In this document: positions 36,822 to 45,807 of the stretch, piece after piece
Layout: each line of letters begins with the position of its first letter
Position numbering within the stretch: position 1 is the first letter of the stretch
From: Escherichia phage A7_1
Sequence record: OP795442
DNA length: 64,000 bases
Direction: 5' to 3' (one strand)
Made by a program: the position numbers and the translations under genes
The notes under the pieces: generated by a model
The model's input: the letters and a program-made list of their open reading frames with translations, nothing else
The model's database searches: none
What the model was told of the DNA's origin: nothing

Positions 36822-36979
36822 TTGATGTACCGAGCAGCAGCCGTACCGATAAGTAAACCAGCAGGAACTGCGACAATGATAGCTTCAATCATTTTGAGAT
36901 CTGCTGCAACACATGCTGCACCAACAACAACAGAACCAGCCCAGATAGCAATTACACGTTTCAAAAATTTAGTATTCAT
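36818..36979 (-). CDS. hypothetical small membrane protein
   Basis: 53 aa below track cutoff; SD CAGGAGA; hydrophobic core. Confidence 0.4.
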   Translation of the reverse strand: MNTKFLKRVIAIWAGSVVVGAACVAADLKMIEAIIVAVPAGLLIGTAAARYIK

Positions 36980-36982
36980 TTG

Positions 36983-37222
36983 TTAGTCTCCTGATTTTGT
37001 TAAGTTTTCTTTTATTTTTACGTACTCGATTAAAGATTTTGCGAGATCACCATCGATTTTCTCACAAACCATGAGTATCTCTCTTACCTTTTCGGGATGA
37101 ACAGATTCATAGAATTTCCAATCCTCTGTTCTCCCTTCTGTGGTTTGGGAAGTGAAGTATTCTTCTCTGTCCCGCTCCGGTAAGAGATAATATACAAGAC
37201 TTAGCTTCCTCTCGTCAAGCAT
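36983..37222 (-). CDS. hypothetical protein (RDREEYFTS..EGRTEDW family)
   Basis: 79 aa; paralogue of 36513..36821. Confidence 0.5.
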   Translation of the reverse strand: MLDERKLSLVYYLLPERDREEYFTSQTTEGRTEDWKFYESVHPEKVREILMVCEKIDGDLAKSLIEYVKIKENLTKSGD

Positions 37223-37231
37223 TTTATCACC

Positions 37232-37606
37232 TTATTCGTAAAAAACCTTATCCGCTTGTTCTTTCAGCCACCCCTGTCGGAAAGCACTCTTAAGTATTTC
37301 TGCCCACTTCGGATTTGCTGCCTCTAAGAGAAGTACCTCTTCTTTCTCTATGTTCATAGGGTCAGCAAAGAAATCCAAAATCTGCTCATTGAAGACACCC
37401 TCTATCAAGATCCCTTTGTATTTCAACGTCAAACGTTTTGCCATAAAACCTTGAGATAATAAAGCCTCATCTAGATCGAGTTTCGTAGTTGGAGGGTTTG
37501 GAAAAGGAAAACCCTGCATCGGTGTTGGTGATGCACCTGTCTTCACAAAAGTGTTCCCACCAGTTTTATTGAAGAAACCTTTCATATTTTTATCGTACAA
37601 TGACAT
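37232..37606 (-). CDS. hypothetical protein
   Basis: 124 aa ORF. Confidence 0.55.
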   Translation of the reverse strand: MSLYDKNMKGFFNKTGGNTFVKTGASPTPMQGFPFPNPPTTKLDLDEALLSQGFMAKRLTLKYKGILIEGVFNEQILDFFADPMNIEKEEVLLLEAANPKWAEILKSAFRQGWLKEQADKVFYE

Positions 37607-38045
37607 TTTCTACCCTCTCTTGAATTTTTATCTCTGCCTCATCTAAAGCTTCCCCCATTGCAAGGAGATACCTTGAAATTTCAGGGAACAACGCTTCAAA
37701 CATCTCCACCTCATCTTCAAGGATATCCGTTGGATCGAGGAAATACTCTTCAAGGACTATTCGCTTTGTCACGCTCTTGTTGCCGTAAGTAACAAAAACG
37801 AAACGATCAGGTTTCCCAATAGAATCTTTGGAGGTTCTCCATTGGAAAAGATGCCTGTTTGAACTTATGTTTATCCTTTTGTCAGCCTTGTCCAGCGGGA
37901 TTCTAAAACTTACGGATGCTGACATTCCTTCGGATTGAGTCCATTTTTCACTCTTCTTAAAAATATTGTTCCGGTATCTGTTTTTACCTAAGGCATTAAA
38001 AGTCCACTGCCTGCTCAATCTCTCGATTATCTCTTTAGTTTTCAA
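37590..38045 (-). CDS. hypothetical protein (C-terminal PTDILEDEVEMFEALFPE motif)
   Basis: 151 aa ORF. Confidence 0.55.
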   Translation of the reverse strand: MKTKEIIERLSRQWTFNALGKNRYRNNIFKKSEKWTQSEGMSASVSFRIPLDKADKRINISSNRHLFQWRTSKDSIGKPDRFVFVTYGNKSVTKRIVLEEYFLDPTDILEDEVEMFEALFPEISRYLLAMGEALDEAEIKIQERVENVIVR

Positions 38046-38563
38046 AACGGTATGTCCTCGTCAACAATAAATTTTATAGCATTCTTTACAGCCGCTTTAT
38101 TCAGATGTTGAACACGCTGGAAGAACATTAGGTTCAAGTCAAGAAGAATATCATCATCTCCGTACAACGCCGTGAAAAGATCAAGCTCTTCATCTGTCGG
38201 ATGCGTGGGATTCTCAAATAAGCCCTCAAACACCACCTGGGCCTCATTTCTTTTAGCCAGCGTGGTTGAGTCTCGATAGATATTTAATACCGTGTGTACA
38301 TCATCTACGCTTAGGATTTTGACACATTCCAGATCTCCTGTGTCACCATTGAGATAAAGAGTGATCGCAGGAGTTGACCAATTTGATTCACTTATTGCAT
38401 AAACGTAGATGCTTTTGCGATTACCAACTGCAATAGACTCTTCAATTTTCTTTTCTGCCGCCTTAAAGAAAGGTTGGTGTTTGATCCAATGCTCCCAACC
38501 AATCCAACGAGCACCCTTACCATACGCATTCAGCACATGATTCTCAATGTTACGTTTACTCAT
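38042..38563 (-). CDS. hypothetical protein (C-terminal PTDEELDLFTALY motif)
   Basis: 173 aa, SD GGGGG. Confidence 0.6.
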   Translation of the reverse strand: MSKRNIENHVLNAYGKGARWIGWEHWIKHQPFFKAAEKKIEESIAVGNRKSIYVYAISESNWSTPAITLYLNGDTGDLECVKILSVDDVHTVLNIYRDSTTLAKRNEAQVVFEGLFENPTHPTDEELDLFTALYGDDDILLDLNLMFFQRVQHLNKAAVKNAIKFIVDEDIPF

Positions 38564-38577
38564 TTAAAACCCCCATA

Positions 38578-38610
38578 AAAGAAAAGCCAGCCACCTTTCG
38601 GTGACTGGCC
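38578..38610 (-). terminator. rho-independent terminator
   Basis: minus strand GCCAGTCACC-GAAA-GGTGGCTGGC + TTTTCTTTT. Confidence 0.55.
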
Positions 38611-38615
38611 TAGAG

Positions 38616-39113
38616 TTAGCTACTAATCACCACGAATGCAGTAACTATAGCATACAGAAATCCAATTGCAACAAAAATTATCATAATGGGGTCAGAGGTT
38701 ACTCGCTTAAGTTTTCCTAAGAAAGTTGATCGGTATTTGTGTTCCTTCTCCATTTTGTTTATCAAAATGATGAAAGAGTTGATATGAATATCTTCAGCAC
38801 TCTCTGCAAAAGGTGTGTACTTAAACGTACCTTCTGTGTTTGCGACGAAGCTGCTGTGATACTTTTTACCATCATAACTTTCTATGAGAAGACCATCCTT
38901 TGTCACCCGATAACTGACCGAACGGAACTTGTCATAAAAAACGTATGCTCTAAATCCTTCCTGATCGGGACTGGCCCTTCTGACGAATCCGTCAAAAAAC
39001 TCCAATCTCTTTCCAGAATTTAGTTCCACGTTGTCAGCTAACATAGGGAGTTGACTTACATATGTAAAGTACATAATGACCATCCTTCCACTAAGCTGAA
39101 CACATTTTATCAT
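38616..39113 (-). CDS. hypothetical protein with C-terminal membrane anchor
   Basis: 165 aa; hydrophobic C-terminal helix. Confidence 0.5.
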   Translation of the reverse strand: MIKCVQLSGRMVIMYFTYVSQLPMLADNVELNSGKRLEFFDGFVRRASPDQEGFRAYVFYDKFRSVSYRVTKDGLLIESYDGKKYHSSFVANTEGTFKYTPFAESAEDIHINSFIILINKMEKEHKYRSTFLGKLKRVTSDPIMIIFVAIGFLYAIVTAFVVISS

Positions 39114-39214
39114 ATTATGAAAAAATACAACAGCGAAGATCGGTCATGAACACTATGTTGTTAATTTTTACAACAAGACTCCAAAAAAGTATTTAAATAA
39201 CTTAAATCGATTTT

Positions 39215-39255
39215 AATACATAGAAAATACCTATGGACCAGATCTGACCCATAGG
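39215..39255 (-). terminator. hairpin terminator
   Basis: CCTATGG..CCATAGG stem with palindromic loop + T-rich tail. Confidence 0.45.
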
Positions 39256-39275
39256 GTATACCTTAATGTGAAATT

Positions 39276-39854
39276 TTATTCATTTCCTCGATATTTTTGA
39301 ATCGCGATCGAAGTCCTTGGTTCAGCCAGGCCAGTTCCGTATGCATACCATTTACCAGTGAGTGTTTTTCGAGCACCGTAGGACCCAATCTCCATATCGT
39401 CACAATAAACATCGTAACCGATCGGAGTCTTAATTAAAAAGAGTACGTCACGAGGAATCCCTAAGAGGGTAAACATCGATATGGCATCTTTTGCGATCTC
39501 GTGAGAAATCTTCTCTGCATTCTTTTTACTACTGGCACTTCTAAACAGTTCCATCTTTAAGAAGATATTGAAATGAATATCATCAAGAACCATCTCATCA
39601 CGAAAGCATGGGGTCACAGCCATCCAACTGCCATCTTCCAACTTCCCCTCTTTGTCGAGTTGAAGGAATGATTGCTCTGCGGAAGCTACTGCGTATTTCC
39701 CGTTCTGGACAATGCGAAGATCAGTAACATCTTCGGGGCATGTATGGTCCATAGCATCATCATCCACATAGCTTGGGACAACCTTATCATTGAAACCTTT
39801 ACATTTCCACCAACTATGAGCATCAATAAACAATGTGAAGTCAATGTTTGACAT
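39276..39854 (-). CDS. hypothetical protein with class-II aaRS motif-2-like TPCFRDE
   Basis: ATG 39854; function not assigned. Confidence 0.5.
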   Translation of the reverse strand: MSNIDFTLFIDAHSWWKCKGFNDKVVPSYVDDDAMDHTCPEDVTDLRIVQNGKYAVASAEQSFLQLDKEGKLEDGSWMAVTPCFRDEMVLDDIHFNIFLKMELFRSASSKKNAEKISHEIAKDAISMFTLLGIPRDVLFLIKTPIGYDVYCDDMEIGSYGARKTLTGKWYAYGTGLAEPRTSIAIQKYRGNE

Positions 39855-39855
39855 T

Positions 39856-40359
39856 TTAGCCTCGCTTACCATTCTGGAATGCACGTTTAGTGATTTTTGA
39901 CATAACCATCAGGTCTTCCAGTGAAGTGCTCGGATGATGCTTATTCAAGTAGGCTTCCACAGCACCAACCAGATCAGAAAGCTCTACCAACTCCATGATC
40001 TTGCATTTTTGTTTGGCTGCATCCTTAAGTTCATCAAGTTCTTCTTGAATCTTAGTGATCTCTCCAAGTTCTCCACGAGGGAAAGTATCCAGATGATAAC
40101 CTGGTTTTTGTTCTTCGATCTCTTCATGTCCGACAACACGAAATTTTCCGGCAGCGAAACGCCAAACACCTTCAAAATACACAATGTAATGTTCCGACTC
40201 TACAATGAAGATAGTGTCGAAATTTTTAAATTTGAAAAATCCTTCAACAAGATTATCTTCTGTACTGAAACTTCCTAAGAAGTTGAGTTCTTGCTCCGTA
40301 TGAAATTCGATAACCATATTTTCGTTCTGGAGTTTCGTCAGCAATTTTAAAATTTTCAT
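39856..40359 (-). CDS. hypothetical protein (weak MazG-like C-terminal helix)
   Basis: ATG 40359 after AAGAGGAGAG; track N-terminal extension rejected. Confidence 0.5.
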   Translation of the reverse strand: MKILKLLTKLQNENMVIEFHTEQELNFLGSFSTEDNLVEGFFKFKNFDTIFIVESEHYIVYFEGVWRFAAGKFRVVGHEEIEEQKPGYHLDTFPRGELGEITKIQEELDELKDAAKQKCKIMELVELSDLVGAVEAYLNKHHPSTSLEDLMVMSKITKRAFQNGKRG

Positions 40360-40370
40360 TTTCTCTCCTC

Positions 40371-40859
40371 TTATGGGCAACACCGTGGAGATCTTCCACA
40401 GAAGAATTGCCAATTGGTTTCTGAATCTTTGTGGTTTACAAAACCTATCCTTCCGCACCCTTTCCCACTACAAACCGCTTCACGAGGATGATAGTCTATA
40501 CTGCAAGAGTGGGGATGATCAAATGCCTCCTGTATTTCAACACAGAGTCTACTTAACCAAGCGAACATTTTTGGCATAGAAGCTTCAAGGAGTTTAAGTT
40601 CATCGACCGTAGGTTTGTCTTTCTCCATGAAGAAGTCATTTATCTCGGAAAACAAAATCACGTTTTGAACTATACCGCTGCTTACCTTGTAAGAGAACTC
40701 CTCAGTAAGTCTCACAGTAACTTCCTCTATCAATTCTTTTTCATTATCTTGATCTTTTGCTAATCTTTCTTCAATCCATCGGATAACGAAGAATCTTTCT
40801 CTCTGAACATCCATGTTCAAAGTATTGATTATTTTTTCATAGATTAGGTTTCCTTCCAT
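40371..40859 (-). CDS. hypothetical protein with C-terminal Cys cluster (PTVDELKLLEASMP motif)
   Basis: 162 aa ORF. Confidence 0.5.
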   Translation of the reverse strand: MEGNLIYEKIINTLNMDVQRERFFVIRWIEERLAKDQDNEKELIEEVTVRLTEEFSYKVSSGIVQNVILFSEINDFFMEKDKPTVDELKLLEASMPKMFAWLSRLCVEIQEAFDHPHSCSIDYHPREAVCSGKGCGRIGFVNHKDSETNWQFFCGRSPRCCP

Positions 40860-41971
40860 ACCTTGTCTTGTGCCTCCAGGATAAGTTTTTCAACAATCTT
40901 CAGATCTGTTTTCTTTGGTAAGCTCGATTGCTTATAAAGAACATCTGTGATCATTTTATCTTTTTCTTCAGCCCACTCAACAATTTCTTCATAGCGGTAT
41001 TCACCATTTCGGATTGCGAGGAGTTCTTCAGCGTCTGGTCGATTCACTAAAACTTTACCTTCTGTGAGGATTTCTTCACCCATCCGAAGAAGCCGGACCA
41101 AATGCATAGCATGTTTAGTGTCGTAACCGAACTTCTCTTCCAGTTCATGACGCTTCTCGTTACGATTCTTAACCCACTCCCAGTAGTTGTGGTGTTTCTC
41201 CTTGGCCCATTTATGATCGTCAGCACAATACTTAACAATCATCAGAGTCTTGCCTCTTTTAACTTCCTCTGGGATTTCTTCATAGTCTAGCTTACGGATA
41301 GAACCATCTTTATTAAACATTGGTTGAACATCTTCACTACGATCTTCTACAACACCGTAAATGTTACCACCGTAAGGAACCAAAGTACAGAAGCCTTCCA
41401 TGTTTTTAAATTTACGAACAAAGTCTTCGTACTTCAACTCACCTTCTCCGAGATAGCTCTGCACCAGACGGAAATAGTCAAATTGAGTTGGTGGCTCTTT
41501 TGGTTGCGGATTATTAATGTGTTTGTTGTGACCCTTGATCCGCTTTAACTGAGACATTGCATAACCACTGAAGCGAAATGCAACTTCACGAGACAGTAAG
41601 GAGTAGAAATGTTCTTTCATCTCTTTCCAAGCTTCGTGCTCGTACAATGTGGCTTTCGGATCAGTAAAACCCAGTTCAATGATATTTGGGTTCATCTTCG
41701 AAAACAGTTGAAGGAAAGTTCCCAATTCGTAGATCTTGGCATCCTCTTCACCAGGGATGTTTAATTCAGTAACCTCTTTGAATGGGGTACGAACCACATT
41801 TGGGGTTGCAACAAAAACCCCACGGATATCAATATCACTACCTTCGTTATTCGTACCATACGCATGAGATCCTGCCAGACTCAACATCAGTACCTTCGCT
41901 ACGTCTGGATGCTTTTCCATCTTCTCTACGATACTTTTTACCTTTCCAGCACTCACAACTGAATTTTCCAT
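40844..41971 (-). CDS. Pol-beta superfamily nucleotidyltransferase
   Basis: 375 aa; G-S-x9-D-I-D-I motif (LAGSHAYGTNNEGSDIDIRGVFV). Confidence 0.6.
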   Translation of the reverse strand: MENSVVSAGKVKSIVEKMEKHPDVAKVLMLSLAGSHAYGTNNEGSDIDIRGVFVATPNVVRTPFKEVTELNIPGEEDAKIYELGTFLQLFSKMNPNIIELGFTDPKATLYEHEAWKEMKEHFYSLLSREVAFRFSGYAMSQLKRIKGHNKHINNPQPKEPPTQFDYFRLVQSYLGEGELKYEDFVRKFKNMEGFCTLVPYGGNIYGVVEDRSEDVQPMFNKDGSIRKLDYEEIPEEVKRGKTLMIVKYCADDHKWAKEKHHNYWEWVKNRNEKRHELEEKFGYDTKHAMHLVRLLRMGEEILTEGKVLVNRPDAEELLAIRNGEYRYEEIVEWAEEKDKMITDVLYKQSSLPKKTDLKIVEKLILEAQDKVWKET

Positions 41972-42061
41972 TTATCCTCCAATCATGTAAGTCACACAAG
42001 CCAACCCAGTTGGCCTGTTTAATCTTTATAAAGTTTACGCAGCTTGTGCAATCTTTTTTAT

Positions 42062-42457
42062 TTATAGGCATTTCACACCATAAATGATCATCAACACAAC
42101 AAGTGTCAACGTATAAAAGAAGCTCCCGTAAAGTCCATAACTGGTAATTTTAAGCTTTTTCTTAAAGCACATCATTGTACTATAAATTACACCAGTCCAG
42201 TGAATCACTAAAATCGCGGTGGCAATATCTGAAACATTACCCGCCCAAAGCATCAGAGAGTATGAGAGGTACATTGCAAAACCTGATAGCAAGAATGTAA
42301 ACAAATAACCAATTACACTTTTCTTTTTCTGATCTACGATTTTATTTTTCATGGTATCGATATTCAGATTGTAGTAGGCAACCACCACCATCTGGATAAT
42401 CAACCCCAGGATAAAGAAAGAGATCAGTGTAACGTATTCAAAAATTGGTGCAGTCAT
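42062..42457 (-). CDS. hypothetical membrane protein (about 4 helices)
   Basis: 131 aa, hydrophobic throughout. Confidence 0.55.
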   Translation of the reverse strand: MTAPIFEYVTLISFFILGLIIQMVVVAYYNLNIDTMKNKIVDQKKKSVIGYLFTFLLSGFAMYLSYSLMLWAGNVSDIATAILVIHWTGVIYSTMMCFKKKLKITSYGLYGSFFYTLTLVVLMIIYGVKCL

Positions 42458-42855
42458 TATAATTTCTCCTCAATAATTTCAGAAATGAGATTCGAGATCT
42501 CGAAAGTTTCTAACTCTTCGACGTGTGACAAGCGCCGGAGGCGCTCGATAACAAAGTCTTTCTTCACAAACACATCCGACAGATGCTCAATGTCCTGCTT
42601 ACCACGCATTCCGCTAACCAACTGCTTGTATCGGATGAGTTCAATATACTCTTCTTTGGACATTACTGTCAAGCGTTCATCTGCACAAATATGCAAAAAT
42701 ACTTGCTTGCTGTCCCAGTCGAACCCATTGTGCACTGCTTCTACTTCACGGTGAGGTGTCCCGCCAATTGTTACATGACCAACCTCAACGGGGATAGATA
42801 CCTGATCATCAGGTCGGCACTGCTGCAACTCCTCAATCAATTCAGATACTTTCAT
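42457..42855 (-). CDS. hypothetical protein
   Basis: 132 aa ORF. Confidence 0.55.
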   Translation of the reverse strand: MKVSELIEELQQCRPDDQVSIPVEVGHVTIGGTPHREVEAVHNGFDWDSKQVFLHICADERLTVMSKEEYIELIRYKQLVSGMRGKQDIEHLSDVFVKKDFVIERLRRLSHVEELETFEISNLISEIIEEKL

Positions 42856-42857
42856 AG

Positions 42858-43313
42858 TTACCCCTGTTTAAGCTTAAAAGATTTAAAGGCTTCGATAAAG
42901 TCCATTTCTTTTTGCGTGTATTTGTGGTCAATTGTATCAGCGAAAAGAGGGCAACGACCATCAACCAACTTCACATCCCACAGATGTTGAGGGAGAATAA
43001 ATGCAATGGCTGTAAGTGCACCATTCAAAGAATCATTCTCCTCGCAGAAAAATGCGTAAGGAATCTTCTCTATGTTTGGAGCTAAAAATCCTTCTGCAAA
43101 ATTAAGCATCTTAGATTGATAGCCTCCGTTCAACAAGATCATTGTTTGGTCTTTGCTTTGCCACTGATCTACAAGGTTGTATCTGTCATCATATCGATCG
43201 GCATAGGCAAAGCCATAATGACCTACAAGGTTTGCTGCTGCATGTGCTGCTTGGATACCTGCTTGGATTCCCATCATGTAGCTGTTTACCAATACGTACA
43301 TCCGAGTTTTCAA
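42858..43313 (-). CDS. hypothetical protein, possibly peptidyl-tRNA hydrolase (Pth2)-like
   Basis: 151 aa; N-terminal VLVNSYMMGIQAGIQAAHAA resembles Pth2 core; low-confidence function. Confidence 0.5.
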   Translation of the reverse strand: MKTRMYVLVNSYMMGIQAGIQAAHAAANLVGHYGFAYADRYDDRYNLVDQWQSKDQTMILLNGGYQSKMLNFAEGFLAPNIEKIPYAFFCEENDSLNGALTAIAFILPQHLWDVKLVDGRCPLFADTIDHKYTQKEMDFIEAFKSFKLKQG

Positions 43314-43630
43314 TTCTTACCTCCGAAAATTCTTTTTGCAAATTTTTCATTACCTAACGTCATGTTGTAGAAAACTATAATTGAATAGACAATCCACGCA
43401 AGGACATAAAATAAAATCAAGAAAGGCCAGCCCACAAACCAAAACACTGTCATTATTAACCAGCCCGTCATAAGGAGTTTATAATTAACATTCCCGTGAT
43501 TTAAAGGGTCAAGTAAGTTACTGTTCTCTGGCAGGGTGATACGAAACCCACCTTGACGAAGCTTGATCAAAAAGAACCAAGCAGCAGAACTTATAATGCA
43601 ACATAAAATATATATCAGTAATCCTGTCAT
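43310..43630 (-). CDS. hypothetical membrane protein, tandem paralogue A
   Basis: 106 aa; shares FLIKLRQ.GF..P and helix layout with 43627..43956. Confidence 0.55.
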   Translation of the reverse strand: MTGLLIYILCCIISSAAWFFLIKLRQGGFRITLPENSNLLDPLNHGNVNYKLLMTGWLIMTVFWFVGWPFLILFYVLAWIVYSIIVFYNMTLGNEKFAKRIFGGKN

Positions 43631-43956
43631 TTTTTAACTCCGAAGATCTTAGATAGTAATTTATCATTCCCGATAGTTACACCACAAAAACTTTTTACTC
43701 CGTATACTAGATACGACCCGATTGTAACACAGATAATGATCGGATAAACAAGATACCAAAAGAATGTTGCAAGTATCCACCCTGCCATCACCATACGTAA
43801 ATTTACATTTTCGTTATTCAGTGGCTCCAGGATATAAATATCCTCACAATCTTTTGGGAAGGGGATGTTAAAACCCTTCTGTCGTAATTTGATCAGTAAG
43901 AACCAAAGCGGGCAACTGATAAAACAACCGATCAAATAACCTTCAACCATTTTCAC
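43627..43956 (-). CDS. hypothetical membrane protein, tandem paralogue B
   Basis: 109 aa; paralogue of 43310..43630. Confidence 0.55.
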   Translation of the reverse strand: MKMVEGYLIGCFISCPLWFLLIKLRQKGFNIPFPKDCEDIYILEPLNNENVNLRMVMAGWILATFFWYLVYPIIICVTIGSYLVYGVKSFCGVTIGNDKLLSKIFGVKK

Positions 43957-45193
43957 TCTCCTTCAATTTGTCAAGATATTGTGTAACGTATCTTACTTTT
44001 ACATTTCGGATTCTATTCTTGATCTCTTCTGGACGTCCAGCAAATCTTTCAGAGATCTCTTTACTTTCTTTTGAGATTGCAACGCTGTTTTGAACAATCC
44101 CCGCCAGTGCTGAGAATAATACCAAAGGTTGAGTGTAGCTGTCAAACATTTTTTCAGGACCCCGACCACGAGCATCACAGATGCAAGCATCAATAAATTC
44201 AGAGAGGAATGCTTGGTCCTTTTCACCACGTAAGGCTACTAACAAGTCATAAACTTTCTTTGGCTTCATTTCTTTGATACGGTGAAGTCGTGTATGATGC
44301 TCAGTTACAGCTAAAGCCAACTTCTTCCAATTATTGGGGACACCAAAGCGATCACAAACTTGTTCAGTTAACTTGATACCATGTTCTTCGTGACCGTGCA
44401 GTTTACCCGTTACCCAATAAATACATTTACCTAAGTCGTGACACAGAACTGCCCACTTCACAGCTTCACTTGCACGAGTCGCCTGGGCATAATCCATGCA
44501 AAGTAAAGTGTGAACAAATGCATCACCTTCAGGATGGTGCTCCTTGGGTTGAACAACATCGTATAAATCCACAAGCTCAGGAAATTCCCCCAGTTGAGTC
44601 AACATACGGATCATTACCGAAGGTTTATTCATTTCTGACTGATCACTAAAGCATTTCTTAATCTCTGCAAATTTACGCTCTTTTGGTAATGCACTTAAAT
44701 CAACATCCTTGCACATTCCCCAAGTGTCAGGATCAATTGTAAACTCGCCTCCGTATCTGGCATGTAATCTGGCTAATCGATATACACGTAAAGGGTCTTC
44801 GATAAATGCCTTAATAGATACACAACGTAACCGACGAAGTTCAATATCAAGTGCACCACCGCAAGGGTCAATAATTTCACCCGTAGAAATATCCTTAGCG
44901 ATCGCATTAATGGTCAAATCTCTTCGCATCAGGTCTTGTTCGATTGTAACGTCTGGAGAGAACACAACTTCGAAGTCGTGATAACCAGGACCTGTTGATC
45001 TTTCTGTCCGAGCAAGAGCATACTCTTCCTTTGTCTCGGGGTGAAGGTACACAGGGAAAGCTGCACCAACCTTAGTAAATCCCTTCTCAATCATTTCTTC
45101 ATGGGTCGCTCCAACTACAACGTAGTCACGATCCTTGCTTTCAACACTCATTAGTTCATCGCGAACTGCACCACCTACCAAGTAAACTTTCAT
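43943..45193 (-). CDS. cca: CCA-adding tRNA nucleotidyltransferase with HD domain
   Basis: MKVYLVGGAVRD..DRD..YALARTER..RRDLTINA..DPLRV..CHDLGK closely follows E. coli Cca; ATG 45193 after AAGGA. Confidence 0.85.
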   Translation of the reverse strand: MKVYLVGGAVRDELMSVESKDRDYVVVGATHEEMIEKGFTKVGAAFPVYLHPETKEEYALARTERSTGPGYHDFEVVFSPDVTIEQDLMRRDLTINAIAKDISTGEIIDPCGGALDIELRRLRCVSIKAFIEDPLRVYRLARLHARYGGEFTIDPDTWGMCKDVDLSALPKERKFAEIKKCFSDQSEMNKPSVMIRMLTQLGEFPELVDLYDVVQPKEHHPEGDAFVHTLLCMDYAQATRASEAVKWAVLCHDLGKCIYWVTGKLHGHEEHGIKLTEQVCDRFGVPNNWKKLALAVTEHHTRLHRIKEMKPKKVYDLLVALRGEKDQAFLSEFIDACICDARGRGPEKMFDSYTQPLVLFSALAGIVQNSVAISKESKEISERFAGRPEEIKNRIRNVKVRYVTQYLDKLKESENG

Positions 45194-45231
45194 TCCTTCT
45201 TCTTCCATTCTTTCCAATTCTGCATGCCCGC

Positions 45232-45396
45232 TCATAGCCATCCCCTTTCTTTATACCCTTTTGTAAATCCTGATTCCCAATCTTGAAATTGCTCCGGCAT
45301 GGTGTTTGGATTATACGGGTTGTTTCTCTTGAACATCCCAAACTTGAATCCAGCGGCTCGGCCCTTCTCGTATGCTGAACTGCTTTTTCTTGTCAT
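45232..45396 (-). CDS. hypothetical small basic protein
   Basis: ATG 45396 after GAGGAG. Confidence 0.4.
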   Translation of the reverse strand: MTRKSSSAYEKGRAAGFKFGMFKRNNPYNPNTMPEQFQDWESGFTKGYKERGWL

Positions 45397-45722
45397 ACTC
45401 TTTCTCCTCTTAAATTTAAAGACCAATCTTTTATTTCTTCTTTCCAGTTTGTATTTCTCTTAATGTCTTGCTTTTGACCGCGAAGATAGTTAATGATCTC
45501 AAGCGGGTCTTGCTTAACAAAAGAAATATTGTCGATCGGGCACTCAACTAACTTAAGCATCCTTTCAAAACGATTATACTCATCTTCCGACTTTGGTGCA
45601 ACAGGAATAACATCATAATCTTCAAGATTATCGAGAGTTTCAAGAGTCACCTTCATCTCGTAGCCTTCTAATTTCTTTGTCTTAATACCAAATACTCTTC
45701 GAAAGTAAATGTAATATTTCAT
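45393..45722 (-). CDS. hypothetical protein
   Basis: 109 aa, SD AGGAGAA. Confidence 0.5.
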   Translation of the reverse strand: MKYYIYFRRVFGIKTKKLEGYEMKVTLETLDNLEDYDVIPVAPKSEDEYNRFERMLKLVECPIDNISFVKQDPLEIINYLRGQKQDIKRNTNWKEEIKDWSLNLRGERV

Positions 45723-45747
45723 CGTATTCTCCTAGTTGATGACTATC

Positions 45748-45775
45748 ATTATACACATCCCCGAATTCAAGTCAA
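45748..45775 (-). promoter_or_regulatory. sigma70-like promoter TTGACT-N16-TATAAT (minus strand)
   Basis: read on reverse complement. Confidence 0.5.
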
Positions 45776-45801
45776 CAAAAAAGGCCACCCGAAGGTGACC
45801 T
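45773..45801 (-). terminator. rho-independent terminator
   Basis: minus strand AGGTCACC-TTCG-GGTGGCCT + TTTTTT. Confidence 0.55.
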
Positions 45802-45807
45802 TTAAAT

